Source: a virus. Taken from it: a stretch of DNA of 46,420 nt. The position numbers and the translations under genes are program-made. The stretch spans positions 1 to 46,420 of the IMG/VR virus record IMGVR_UViG_3300034146_000006; one strand, given 5' to 3'. This document shows, piece by piece, positions 9,327 to 17,529 of the stretch. The first letter of the stretch is position 1. The number at the start of each line of letters is the position of its first letter. Under the pieces are notes generated by a model. It was not told the origin of the DNA. It worked only from the letters and a program-made list of their open reading frames with translations, and made no database searches.

Positions 9327-9586
9327 TGGTATTCCTTTCGTTCTCGGTCGATGATCTTGCTCGCGCATTCGCTACAGATATAGTTCGAGCGCCAACCGTC
9401 CCCTTCGAGCAAACACTTCTCACGTATCGCACGAGTTCCCGGTGCGATGTCGTGCCGCCCTTCCCCGAAGTCACCGCAACAAGATTGGAGCTTTCGAGTA
9501 GTTACGATCTTTCGCTCGTACGAACTCTCCCCCTCGCTGTCGGCGAAGTAAGGTGCGTCTAGTAACTCCTGATCGGTGTAGATCAT
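9323..9586 (-). CDS. Hypothetical Cys-containing protein (87 aa)
   Basis: The ATG at 9586 overlaps the VRR-NUC stop (ATGA). Contains CC...CSEC cysteine pairs. Confidence 0.6.
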   Translation of the reverse strand: MIYTDQELLDAPYFADSEGESSYERKIVTTRKLQSCCGDFGEGRHDIAPGTRAIREKCLLEGDGWRSNYICSECASKIIDRERKEYQ

Positions 9587-10029
9587 TTCTCTTGGTATTC
9601 CTCGCGCTGACCCTGAGCGAACCAAAGGGCTATCCCTTGCTTGCCGGTGAGTAAGTAGTCCACCGTCACCGCGACATCCAGAAGGTTGTACTGGTCGATG
9701 ATGAGCACCGGAACACCCGCTCGATCGAGAGCCGCTATGGTCTGAAGCTGACGGGCTGTTGGTTGTTTGTGATCCACCTTCGTCTCGATCCGCAGGCTGA
9801 ACCCGTTGATCGAGATAACGAAGTCGAGGTCGGGAGCGCCGAACCCGGTCTGCACCGGCATAAAGATATGAGCGTTTGGTGCAAGAGCCTCGATGATCGC
9901 CCTAACGCGCGCCTTAACGTCTTTTTCGATCGCGTTGGACTTTGTAGTAAATAGCCTCGTTACAGGTGTCGAGTGCCGGGCACCAACCGCAAAGCGGGCT
10001 AGTCCGAGCGGGGAAGTCTTGTCGTTCAT
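9583..10029 (-). CDS. VRR-NUC domain nuclease
   Basis: 148 aa. GAPDLDFVISINGFSLRIETKVDHKQPTARQLQTIAALDRAGVPVLII fits the VRR-NUC PD-(D/E)XK pattern. Confidence 0.8.
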   Translation of the reverse strand: MNDKTSPLGLARFAVGARHSTPVTRLFTTKSNAIEKDVKARVRAIIEALAPNAHIFMPVQTGFGAPDLDFVISINGFSLRIETKVDHKQPTARQLQTIAALDRAGVPVLIIDQYNLLDVAVTVDYLLTGKQGIALWFAQGQREEYQEK

Positions 10030-10600
10030 AGTGATCCTTCATCGTGGCGATGCGCCGAGTGATACCTTCCTTGACCTCAGCGACGTTCGAGTCATCGACC
10101 GTAACCTTGGTGCTGTCCTTGACCTTGAGCCAGATATAAGCGCTCTCGACCTTCCTTAGTCCGAGTACGGTGTGGAGAATCGCGCCGTACATCTCAAGCT
10201 GTGTCGGGTCGTCCTTCTTCTTACCCGTTTTCCAGTCCCACACGATCGCCTCATCACCCTTGATCCCGATGAGGTCAGCCTTGCCGCGCAACCACACGTC
10301 CTTCTCCCACCATCCGGTCGGCGTCCAGTCCTCTCGGATCGCGCACTCTAACTCTGCGTAGAGCGTGTAACCGAGTTGCTTCAGCCCGTCGATGATCGGT
10401 GCGATGTGCTCAAGGTGATCGGGAAGCTCGGTAGTGAAGCGCACGTAGTTCTCAAGCGCTTGGTGTACCTCGTTGCCGTAGGTGATCGCTTCGGTGACGG
10501 TGAACGGATACTTCTTCAATATCCGAACCTCGTGATAGCGCTTCGGACATCCCTCGAAGTCCAGTAACGACGAGGGGCTTACCGCAGGAAATGGCTTCAT
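9914..10600 (-). CDS. PD-(D/E)XK exonuclease, Cas4/RecB-like, with Fe-S cysteine cluster
   Basis: 228 aa. N-terminal Cys (FEGCPKRYH), GKADLI...VWDWKTGKK nuclease core, and C-terminal CGWCPALDTC. Confidence 0.85.
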   Translation of the reverse strand: MKPFPAVSPSSLLDFEGCPKRYHEVRILKKYPFTVTEAITYGNEVHQALENYVRFTTELPDHLEHIAPIIDGLKQLGYTLYAELECAIREDWTPTGWWEKDVWLRGKADLIGIKGDEAIVWDWKTGKKKDDPTQLEMYGAILHTVLGLRKVESAYIWLKVKDSTKVTVDDSNVAEVKEGITRRIATMKDHYERQDFPARTSPLCGWCPALDTCNEAIYYKVQRDRKRR

Positions 10601-11034
10601 TACTGAACCACCTGCATCCCGCGCTGTTGTGCGTATGCCGCGTAGATCGGGTTGTTGGTAGCGAGCCTGCCGTTCCTGTCGATGTGCGCCGGTTGGTTAG
10701 GCGGCGAGTTCTTCAGTTGGAACTTGGCAAAGATGCGAGCGGCTTTCGAGAGCGGCTTGCGTTTGGCGTGGAACTGCCCGTAGCCGGGGTAGTTCTTACC
10801 GTCAGCTTGGACGGCACCCTTACGTAGCTGTGCGTCGAGACAGCGACGGTCGTGGCGGTTGTTTCCGGCGTGTAGCCAAATGTGGCGGCTGAGATCAGTG
10901 ACGACCTGTACGGCTTCCTCTGCCGACATCCGTGCGACCGGGCTTGTTGCCTGTTGTTCTTCAGGCTGTGATTTATTCCACCGTGCGACCGTTTTCTTGG
11001 CGCGACCGAATAGGTCTGTGACCAGTTGTTTCAT
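10600..11034 (-). CDS. Hypothetical basic protein (144 aa)
   Basis: SD AAGGGAG upstream. TAATG-type coupling to the next gene. Confidence 0.75.
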   Translation of the reverse strand: MKQLVTDLFGRAKKTVARWNKSQPEEQQATSPVARMSAEEAVQVVTDLSRHIWLHAGNNRHDRRCLDAQLRKGAVQADGKNYPGYGQFHAKRKPLSKAARIFAKFQLKNSPPNQPAHIDRNGRLATNNPIYAAYAQQRGMQVVQ

Positions 11035-11104
11035 TACGACTCCCTTGTTGTTTTCAGCTAACGGTTATGAAGATTTGTGCGGCGCCCAAATGCCGCCTAG
11101 CGAA

Positions 11105-11236
11105 CTAGACCAAATCTTCTACATATCCATCGACGGCTTCTTTGATCCGTTCGAGCTTCGCGAGTGTTTCTTCTCGGTCGCCGCCGTCACGGTAAATCGT
11201 CTCAATGTCTGCTATCGCTTCTTCCACTGCGTCCAT
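11105..11236 (-). CDS. Micro-ORF, 43-aa acidic peptide (below ORF-track cutoff)
   Basis: Strong SD AGAGAGG 7 nt upstream of the ATG at 11236. MDAVEEAIADIETIYRDGGDREETLAKLERIKEAVDGYVEDLV. Confidence 0.5.
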   Translation of the reverse strand: MDAVEEAIADIETIYRDGGDREETLAKLERIKEAVDGYVEDLV

Positions 11237-11402
11237 TTTTCGTACCTCTCTTTTTTGTCTGTCTTACGAACCCAATCTGATTCTTTGCGGGGCGCGGTTT
11301 GTCGTCCCTCGGAACTGCGTGGAATAAGGTCACCGCACCGACGCCGAGAATGCACCCAAGCGACTCGTCCACATACTCATCGTTCTTTACTTTTCGTCGC
11401 AT
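11202..11402 (-). CDS. Possible small protein with hydrophobic segment (66 aa)
   Basis: The ATG at 11402 lies inside the end of the upstream gene. Overlaps the micro-ORF by 35 nt, so only one of the two may be real. Confidence 0.35.
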   Translation of the reverse strand: MRRKVKNDEYVDESLGCILGVGAVTLFHAVPRDDKPRPAKNQIGFVRQTKKRGTKNGRSGRSDSRH

Positions 11403-11617
11403 AAGCTGATCTCGTCTATTACCGTGTTAGGCACCGTGAGCGCCCAAAGTTTCATCGCGTGCCCTTTGATCTCGGAGAGCATATATTTCACCCCGTCGTG
11501 GATGAACCAACAGGCGAAGTGCGCATTCAGTCCGCAGGCTGTGGCTTCGACCGTGCCGTCGTTGATAAGCCTGTAGGCGTCCTTGATGGTCACGCGATTT
11601 CCTTCAACGATCCCCAC
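11387..11617 (-). CDS. Hypothetical protein (76 aa)
   Basis: Co-oriented ORF overlapping the polymerase 3' end. Confidence 0.7.
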   Translation of the reverse strand: MGIVEGNRVTIKDAYRLINDGTVEATACGLNAHFACWFIHDGVKYMLSEIKGHAMKLWALTVPNTVIDEISLCDEK

Positions 11618-13407
11618 GCATCGCCGTACTTAAGATCGACCGGCAGAGCTACGCGCGGCGTCCAACCGAACACTGCTTCGTAGGGAAGCGTCGAACATAT
11701 CTCCCGCATCCTGAGCGCGCAGTCCCAACCCTTCGACGTGTCAGGCACGAGCGAGAACATAGCGTCGTGCAAGTCGAGGATGTAGCGACCGCCTACCTCA
11801 CGGAGCGGATCGTCAATCATCGCGATCGCGAGGAACTTCATATCGGCGGCGGTGCCTTGAATCGGGAAGTTGATGGCGGTGGACTCGCTTGCCCAAGTGT
11901 TAGAACGCGACCAGTCCTCGATCATCACCCGGCGACCGCCTCTCGTCTCTGCGAACCCGTATTGCTTGGCTAGGAGGATAGCGTCGTCCCAATACTTCGG
12001 GATGCCTTTGTACGTGTCGCGGTAGAGTCCGTGTAGGTAGCGCGCTGTGATCTCATCAAAGATCACGTCGTACTGAGAGCGCCCTACGTCGATGAGCTTC
12101 TTCCATCCGGTGCGGTACTGACACGACAGGTTGACGACCTTGGCAAGATAGCGATCTTCCTTCGCCTGCGCGTCACCTGATGCCACACGATCAACCATAT
12201 TGTCGTACTCGATGTTCGCGATGATCGCCGCCATATAGGTATGGAAATCGAGCTTCTTTTCAAAGATGTCGGTCATTACCGGATCGCCTGACCAGTCACA
12301 GATGAGGCGCGATTCCTGCGTTGCGAAGTCAAGCTCTACTAACTTCATACCCTTCGGCGCGACGATGCAGTTACGGGCTTCCTTCAGCCGAGGGAACTGG
12401 TGGATCGCGATGCCGGTCTGGAACTTCTTGAGCGTCTTAGATGTGTACCCGAAGCGCCCGGTGTATGTGTTCCATAGGCGGCAGGACGGGTGTGTGCGGT
12501 CGGTGCCGGTGTAAGCGAGTGATGCGCGGACGGCTTTGATGTATGTCGTGATCGACTTGTTCTCTTTCTTCCAGTCCGCGATCGCCTTGATGAGCGGCAC
12601 GTGGTAGAGCTTCGAGAGTTCGACCTTATCTGTCTTGGCGACCTCGTACCCCTTGGCGTGTAGGAACTTCTTTAGCTGAACGTGTGAGGCGAGCATCTTC
12701 TTAGCCGCTTCAGCGTCCCAGTCCGGCAGACCTGACAGGCGCATCACTTCAGCGAATGCTTTGTCGCGATCGGCGAGTGCGCGTTTCTCCCAAACATCGA
12801 CGGCTTCAAGATCGACGTGGATACCTTCAACCCACGCTTTCGCGACCGGCACAATGGACTTGGAAATCAGGGCTGAGAGCGTAAGGCGCCGAGTTCCGGC
12901 GAGTTCGTCAATAAAGAGACGACCGAGTTTAGCTGTCAGCCCCGCGTCCAAGATGTTGTACTGCAAGAGCGCGTCATTTATCTCATTAAAATCACCCCCT
13001 ACTTCCTGCTCGTAGCCTGCGTACGAGGGCAGATACTTGGTTACGGTGGGTTTCAGACCGTACCGTTTATCGGTAGTGTCATTTTCTATGGCACGGCGTA
13101 GCACTTCACCGTCCAACCACCGGCAGGCGCGAACTTCTTTCTCAAGACCGCAAGCAATCAACCAAGCGCAGTCGAATACGACGTTCCATCCGATGAGGTA
13201 TGCGGTCGGTGTCGTTTTTGCGATCCACGCGAGCATTTCCCTGATGTCCTCGATCGACGGGTTCAAACCTGCCTTTAAGGTGTTGCCTGCCTCGGTGACG
13301 AACGCGAAAGATGTGATCCGCGCCTCGCCCTGCAATACCCTGTAAGGTTGCAAGCCGTACCCGTCACCGCTCCCGGCAGTCTCAATGTCGAATCCGATGA
13401 GGTTCAT
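11590..13407 (-). CDS. Family A DNA polymerase with 3'-5' exonuclease domain
   Basis: 605 aa. Exo I FDIET, motif A DFATQESRL, motif B RYLAKVVNLSCQYRTG, motif C ILDLHDAM. Confidence 0.95.
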   Translation of the reverse strand: MNLIGFDIETAGSGDGYGLQPYRVLQGEARITSFAFVTEAGNTLKAGLNPSIEDIREMLAWIAKTTPTAYLIGWNVVFDCAWLIACGLEKEVRACRWLDGEVLRRAIENDTTDKRYGLKPTVTKYLPSYAGYEQEVGGDFNEINDALLQYNILDAGLTAKLGRLFIDELAGTRRLTLSALISKSIVPVAKAWVEGIHVDLEAVDVWEKRALADRDKAFAEVMRLSGLPDWDAEAAKKMLASHVQLKKFLHAKGYEVAKTDKVELSKLYHVPLIKAIADWKKENKSITTYIKAVRASLAYTGTDRTHPSCRLWNTYTGRFGYTSKTLKKFQTGIAIHQFPRLKEARNCIVAPKGMKLVELDFATQESRLICDWSGDPVMTDIFEKKLDFHTYMAAIIANIEYDNMVDRVASGDAQAKEDRYLAKVVNLSCQYRTGWKKLIDVGRSQYDVIFDEITARYLHGLYRDTYKGIPKYWDDAILLAKQYGFAETRGGRRVMIEDWSRSNTWASESTAINFPIQGTAADMKFLAIAMIDDPLREVGGRYILDLHDAMFSLVPDTSKGWDCALRMREICSTLPYEAVFGWTPRVALPVDLKYGDAWGSLKEIA

Positions 13408-13721
13408 TAGAGGGCGGCCGCTCTCCGTTTCGCGTCCGGGATGATATTGCGATCGAAGTTCTCTAGTCCGACGAGGGTGAACTCCATCAAACTGCTAGCC
13501 GCGTCGATGACCTTTCGGAGTGTCAGACCGCGCTCGATAATCAGTGAGCGAATCTCCGATGGTGTTATGGCTTGTGACCCTCGGACAGCGAGTACCTTGA
13601 TCGGCTTTTCCTCGCGCGTGTTCGGACTGCTGTTGAGTGTCATTTCCCAACAACCTTCACAGGTTTCGAGCTTGCCGCCTGTCTCGTCCACTTCAATCTC
13701 GATGGTGTATCGTTTTTTCAT
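13407..13721 (-). CDS. Hypothetical protein (104 aa)
   Basis: Coupled to the polymerase start (TAATG). Confidence 0.75.
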   Translation of the reverse strand: MKKRYTIEIEVDETGGKLETCEGCWEMTLNSSPNTREEKPIKVLAVRGSQAITPSEIRSLIIERGLTLRKVIDAASSLMEFTLVGLENFDRNIIPDAKRRAAAL

Positions 13722-13725
13722 TTCG

Positions 13726-13830
13726 TTATTGGTAGGGCGACCAACCCCCGCATATCAGTAGAAACAGTGCGAAAATTAGTGAGATCAGATAAGGGACACC
13801 CCACTCTAGGAGCCGATCTAGGAGCTTCAT
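13726..13830 (-). CDS. Micro-ORF, 34-aa membrane peptide (below ORF-track cutoff)
   Basis: MKLLDRLLEWGVPYLISLIFALFLLICGGWSPYQ. No SD. Confidence 0.3.
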   Translation of the reverse strand: MKLLDRLLEWGVPYLISLIFALFLLICGGWSPYQ

Positions 13831-13966
13831 AAGTTGATGTTGGTGAGGCGCCCCGTCCTGCCGCTTATTCCTCACCGCACTCTCTGAATCAAGTGCTCCC
13901 GATGCCGCGAGTTGATAAGAACTCCGCTACCCTCTGCATTCCCTTATCCGTGCAGAGCCAGTCTTG

Positions 13967-14065
13967 TTAGTCCGCTAAGAGCACCTTGACCAAGTGGTAT
14001 GCGATGTACCCTGCGCCGGTGATGACGAGAGCGTAGACGGCGTATTCTGTTAGTCGGTGCTTCAT
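13967..14065 (-). CDS. Micro-ORF, 32-aa membrane peptide
   Basis: The ATG at 14065 overlaps the upstream stop (ATGA). MKHRLTEYAVYALVITGAGYIAYHLVKVLLAD. Confidence 0.45.
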   Translation of the reverse strand: MKHRLTEYAVYALVITGAGYIAYHLVKVLLAD

Positions 14066-14256
14066 ATCTGACCTCGGTTCGTGAGCACGAGGAGAACTGT
14101 CGTAAAGAGAGCGCCGTCCGTGCCGAAAAAGTAGTACCCGGCTGTGATCGCCAAGGGGTATGTGAGAACCCGCCACACACCCCACATCGCTTTGCTGACC
14201 GTGACCTGTAGGTTCTTCCCGGCGATGGTCAGGATCAGCTTCGGTTGCTGTTTCAT
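14062..14256 (-). CDS. Small membrane protein (64 aa, two hydrophobic segments)
   Basis: The ATG at 14256 overlaps the stop of the kinase-fusion gene (ATGA). Confidence 0.6.
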   Translation of the reverse strand: MKQQPKLILTIAGKNLQVTVSKAMWGVWRVLTYPLAITAGYYFFGTDGALFTTVLLVLTNRGQI

Positions 14257-15671
14257 AAGCGCTCAATCATCCAGTCAACCGTTCCGTAGAGGTCGGCGAT
14301 CGTCAGGTGGTTAGGGAGCACCCAATCGACACGGGTGAGCGGCTGTTCGGATGCGTGACCGTTGATTGCCTCTACCCCTTGACGTTTGACTTCACAAACT
14401 TCACCACCGAGCGCCTTGACGAACTCAGCCTCGTTGTCGAATCGAATGTCCGTGATGACGACCGGGTTGGGGTACGCCGCCGCGATCTTCTTCTTGGCGA
14501 TGTCGAGCCAGATGTGGTCGCCGTGAATAGCACGCCCGGCATCCGTACCGATCTTCTGAAGTGTGGTGCGAACGGCAGGGAACTTCTTGGCACGCTCCCA
14601 CCCGATGACGCTGACGAGAGTGCTAAGACGGGTGAAGAAGGTTAAGCCTTCCGCGCCCCACGCTCCCTGCAACCCGAAGAAGTCCCAAAGGGTTAATTCT
14701 TCTAAGAGGGCTTCCTGCGTGAGTCCGACAACGGGATCGAGGGCAAGTGCGGCGTCCCTAACCGCGTCTGCGAGTCCTATCCGGGTGAAGCCGTACGTCT
14801 CTACGAGGTAGGCGCCTACCGTGTCCTTGCCGCTCTGAGCCACACCGTTGAGTCCGATGATGATTTGCTCTCGACGCGGTTCCTCGTCCTGCGTACCTGT
14901 CTCGTCCGGTGCCGGGTAGACTGGAGCCTTGGGTGACTGACCGAAGCAGTCCTTACCTACGTGTATCTCGTGACACGCGCAGTCCTGACTTGAATCGCCG
15001 TCTGCCTGTGGGATCACCTCAAGCCTAGTGATGTCGGAAGGGAGAACGTACCATCCGTCCTCAGTCTCGTAGCGAAAGCCGTATTCCTGATGCACGCCCG
15101 CCCCGGTTATAGTCGTCACCTCACCGATTTCAAAACTGTGGCGATCGTCAGAGCCATTCGCGATCACTCGGACTCGATCTCCCGGCTGATACGTTGTATG
15201 CGTTTCCTGCTCAAATTTTTTGATGGGGGGCTTGCCGTTGCTTGGCGGGGAGTAGAAGTCACCGGCGCCGACGAAGGTATCCTTAATATTGAATACCCTT
15301 ACGTGCCCGTTCTCTCGGAGTTCGGGGTAAGAGAAGTACTTGACCGGCTTACCGCCTTGGAGTGCGTGGGCTACCTCAGCCTCGATCACAAGTGAGTCCT
15401 GCCAACCGTCCAGACAGAGAACCCAAAGCTCGTCGGAGCGGTCGATCATTGCCCTGTCGTAGTCCATCCACGGACTCATACCGTCCTCGGTATTGACCGC
15501 GCTGAATGATACGAGGTCTGTAATCGGGTGACTGTTAATGATCGGCGAGAAGATTAGGTATCCCTGTTCGATGAACTTCGCCGTCGCGTCTTGCACCTGT
15601 CTAACTCGGCGCTCTGTTATGTCTGGAAATTGGCTCGTGTACGGTGACGCGAGATAGATGAGTTTATCCAT
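14253..15671 (-). CDS. Three-domain fusion: nucleoside 2-deoxyribosyltransferase-like (DUF1937-type) + SH3-like middle + dNMP kinase
   Basis: 472 aa. N-terminus IYLASPYTS...FSPIINSHP...SDELWVLCLDGWQDSLVIEAEVAHA. C-terminus P-loop GLNGVAQSGKDTVG and ITDIRFDNEAEF...GHASEQPL. Confidence 0.9.
   Translation of the reverse strand: MDKLIYLASPYTSQFPDITERRVRQVQDATAKFIEQGYLIFSPIINSHPITDLVSFSAVNTEDGMSPWMDYDRAMIDRSDELWVLCLDGWQDSLVIEAEVAHALQGGKPVKYFSYPELRENGHVRVFNIKDTFVGAGDFYSPPSNGKPPIKKFEQETHTTYQPGDRVRVIANGSDDRHSFEIGEVTTITGAGVHQEYGFRYETEDGWYVLPSDITRLEVIPQADGDSSQDCACHEIHVGKDCFGQSPKAPVYPAPDETGTQDEEPRREQIIIGLNGVAQSGKDTVGAYLVETYGFTRIGLADAVRDAALALDPVVGLTQEALLEELTLWDFFGLQGAWGAEGLTFFTRLSTLVSVIGWERAKKFPAVRTTLQKIGTDAGRAIHGDHIWLDIAKKKIAAAYPNPVVITDIRFDNEAEFVKALGGEVCEVKRQGVEAINGHASEQPLTRVDWVLPNHLTIADLYGTVDWMIERL
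15187..15204 (+). repeat. Copy of dispersed motif (TGATACGTTGTATGCGTT), intragenic
   Basis: Shares the 14-mer CTGATACGTTGTAT with the copy at the integrase start. Confidence 0.5.
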
Positions 15672-15751
15672 ATTGATTACGACCCTGATTTATTTTTGCC
15701 CGGTTCCTGAGCCTCAGCGCTTCCCAAATCGCCTTGGCTCCCGGTATTTCC

Positions 15752-15967
15752 TTATCCTAATGCTACTAAGTTACTGAAAATGATCGCCGCGTCTGCTTGA
15801 ATGCTCGGACGGTCATCTGCCTTGATTGCTTCCTTAACCCTAGTGTATGCCCCGTCGAGAGCCTTGAGCCGATCTTCGACCTGTGTGTCCTTGGGTGTCC
15901 TTGCTGTGATGAATGCCGCCTTGTAAAGAATTACCGCCTTGGGTTTGATGAGAGCCGCGCCGTTCAT
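15752..15967 (-). CDS. Hypothetical protein (71 aa)
   Basis: SD GGAGAGG upstream of the ATG at 15967. Confidence 0.7.
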   Translation of the reverse strand: MNGAALIKPKAVILYKAAFITARTPKDTQVEDRLKALDGAYTRVKEAIKADDRPSIQADAAIIFSNLVALG

Positions 15968-16031
15968 TTCAATTACCTCTCCGTTTCGTGATTACTTTAG
16001 CTAACTCGATTCTTTGATGCCGAGCGAGTGA

Positions 16032-16061
16032 AGAATACTGCACGTTCGCCTTGCGTGTCAA
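16032..16061 (-). promoter_or_regulatory. Sigma70-like promoter candidate
   Basis: Minus strand: TTGACA (16061-16056), 18 nt, TATTCT (16037-16032). About 65 nt upstream of the ATG at 15967, within a 323-bp non-coding gap. Confidence 0.35.
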
Positions 16062-16266
16062 TCTTAATGTGCTGTCCCACAGATGAAACAGAGGGCACTA
16101 CTAGGAAAGACGGTCTTAAAACCGAAATTAAATTTTTCCCCTTGAGTGATTAAGAGTGGTTGTTTGTACGGAGAGAGTTTTTACGACCTCTGTTTGTGCC
16201 TCGATCTATCCGACTTCCCAAATTCGGTATTGCTTAGATCGTGCCCGTGCTTCCAACTGTATGCCA

Positions 16267-16284
16267 AGATACATTGTATGCGGT
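16267..16284 (+). promoter_or_regulatory. Copy of dispersed motif (AGATACATTGTATGCGGT), just downstream of the HNH stop
   Basis: Palindromic core ATACAtTGTAT, in an intergenic position. Confidence 0.45.
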
Positions 16285-16290
16285 CAGGTG

Positions 16291-16626
16291 TCAAGCGGTC
16301 TTGGAAGATTTTTTCTGCCGGGCGGCAAGGTGGGTAGGTTCGACGCAATCGTTTCGTTCGCAGGTGCGTAGGATGGTCTTGTTCTCAATGTCTCTCAGGT
16401 CGAGGTTGTGCGCGATGCACCACGCGACCCGGTGAGCATAAACTACGTCGGCGCCTACACTCATTTTGCCGTAGCCTCGCGGAGTGTCGGCGCCTTCCCA
16501 AATTAAATGTTCGCCGTCCTTTCGTACACGTGACCAAAAGAACTGCTGTCGCTCAAAGTCAATCGGCATAGTCAGGGGTACGCTATCGAAGCCTTGAGTT
16601 GTAATCAAGTCCGTTTCATTCATCAT
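16291..16626 (-). CDS. HNH homing-type endonuclease
   Basis: RGYGKMSV...YAHRVAWCIAHN...ILRTCERNDCVEPTHL is an HNH_3 signature. Start taken at the ATGATG at 16626, because the track start at 16680 is a GTG; this gives 111 aa. Confidence 0.85.
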   Translation of the reverse strand: MMNETDLITTQGFDSVPLTMPIDFERQQFFWSRVRKDGEHLIWEGADTPRGYGKMSVGADVVYAHRVAWCIAHNLDLRDIENKTILRTCERNDCVEPTHLAARQKKSSKTA

Positions 16627-16644
16627 AGATGCGTTGTATGTGGT
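16627..16644 (+). promoter_or_regulatory. Copy of dispersed motif (AGATGCGTTGTATGTGGT) abutting the HNH start codon
   Basis: On the minus strand it reads TACAAC-GCATCT-ATG. Confidence 0.4.
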
Positions 16645-16696
16645 CGAAAGCCTTGGCTGTGAGGGAAAACCTAGGCACACCCTAATCCCCGGTGAA

Positions 16697-16709
16697 GCTA
16701 CAATGTAGC
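16697..16709. promoter_or_regulatory. Perfect 13-bp palindrome GCTACAaTGTAGC (variant of the dispersed motif)
   Basis: Intergenic, between the genes at 16737-16982 and HNH. Confidence 0.4.
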
Positions 16710-16736
16710 AGAAGGAAATTTGACGGTCAATTCCTT

Positions 16737-16982
16737 TTACGGATGTTTTGTATGCTTTGGAGCTTCGATGATCGCCCCGATACTAAATCCCTTCTCGTAA
16801 AATTGCTCGTTTCGGCGTACACCGATAGCTTCGATGATCCGAACGAGGGTAGCGTGCTCATCGCCCGGTGGCATTGCGAAGCCTATCCGTTCTGTATCAG
16901 GTGTGGGGTCTTGGATCGTAACCCAATTCCCCTCGCGCGCATACTGGTAGGTGTCGCCGTCCACGGTGATTTCGCCTTTCAT
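16737..16982 (-). CDS. Hypothetical protein (81 aa)
   Basis: Co-oriented ORF with ATGA-type coupling upstream. Confidence 0.7.
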   Translation of the reverse strand: MKGEITVDGDTYQYAREGNWVTIQDPTPDTERIGFAMPPGDEHATLVRIIEAIGVRRNEQFYEKGFSIGAIIEAPKHTKHP

Positions 16983-17224
16983 AGTTTGAACCTCGCACGC
17001 CTTGGGTCGTTTTTCGCGTTCTCGATCCCGGCTTGCAGATCATACGGTCGGTCGCCGCCTCGGATTTCTTGTTGTTGATCCGCAATCATTTCGATGTACT
17101 TTCCCTTGACCTCTGTAAGCGCGTCGATGTGCCCAATCGTGCGTAGGTCGCCCGGATTCTTTTCGAGGTACGAGCGGTCGTGTCTGAGCCTTGCGTCAAT
17201 GTACTGAATGAATTCCACGGTCAT
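16979..17224 (-). CDS. Hypothetical protein (81 aa)
   Basis: Co-oriented ORF, tightly packed. Confidence 0.7.
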   Translation of the reverse strand: MTVEFIQYIDARLRHDRSYLEKNPGDLRTIGHIDALTEVKGKYIEMIADQQQEIRGGDRPYDLQAGIENAKNDPRRARFKL

Positions 17225-17227
17225 AAT

Positions 17228-17473
17228 TTATACCTCACTCGCCGCCTGAAGCATCAGACGTAGCTGTCGTTCCTTGTTCTCAATTTTAGCGCTGAAAGCC
17301 TTGGAGCCTAAGCGCCTCGCCTCGCGGGTGTACTTGGTTAGTAAGGTCGCATCCGGGTTGCATTCAATACAGTACGGGGATGCACGCCCGGTGTGCGATG
17401 TGTAAAAGGCTTTCGCGTCCTTAAACTCTTGGCAGTGCTGACACTTGTATTGCTTTTTTATGGTCTTACTCAT
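17228..17473 (-). CDS. Zinc-ribbon protein (81 aa)
   Basis: CQHC...CIEC cysteine pairs. Confidence 0.7.
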   Translation of the reverse strand: MSKTIKKQYKCQHCQEFKDAKAFYTSHTGRASPYCIECNPDATLLTKYTREARRLGSKAFSAKIENKERQLRLMLQAASEV

Positions 17474-17488
17474 CTTATGGTGTTATGT

Positions 17489-17519
17489 AAAGGGCGCCCG
17501 TCCTGAGCCTTGGACGCCC
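17489..17519 (-). terminator. Weak intrinsic-terminator-like hairpin
   Basis: Minus strand: GGGCGUCC / GGGCGCCC (8 bp with one G-U), 12-nt loop, then UUUACAU. Confidence 0.3.
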
Positions 17520-17529
17520 TACCTCGTGT

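Noticed and set aside
9961-10029. Shared TSPL tetrapeptide in the Cas4-like and VRR-NUC products as evidence that they are read in the same frame or fused
   Set aside because: Checking codon by codon shows the two TSPL strings come from different nucleotides (ACTTCCCCGCTC against ACTAGCCCGCTT) in different frames. It is a coincidence of a local near-repeat.
13843-13877. 7-bp stem GGTGAGG/CCTCACC in the 136-nt gap of the replication operon as a terminator or regulatory hairpin
   Set aside because: The loop is 21 nt, no U-tract follows on the transcribed strand, and only a weak TTGATT-17-AATAAG promoter-like match lies nearby. The support is insufficient.
16737-17473. Three consecutive ORFs of exactly 81 aa as a paralogous triplet or repeat unit
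   Set aside because: I could see no sequence similarity between the three products. The equal length appears coincidental.
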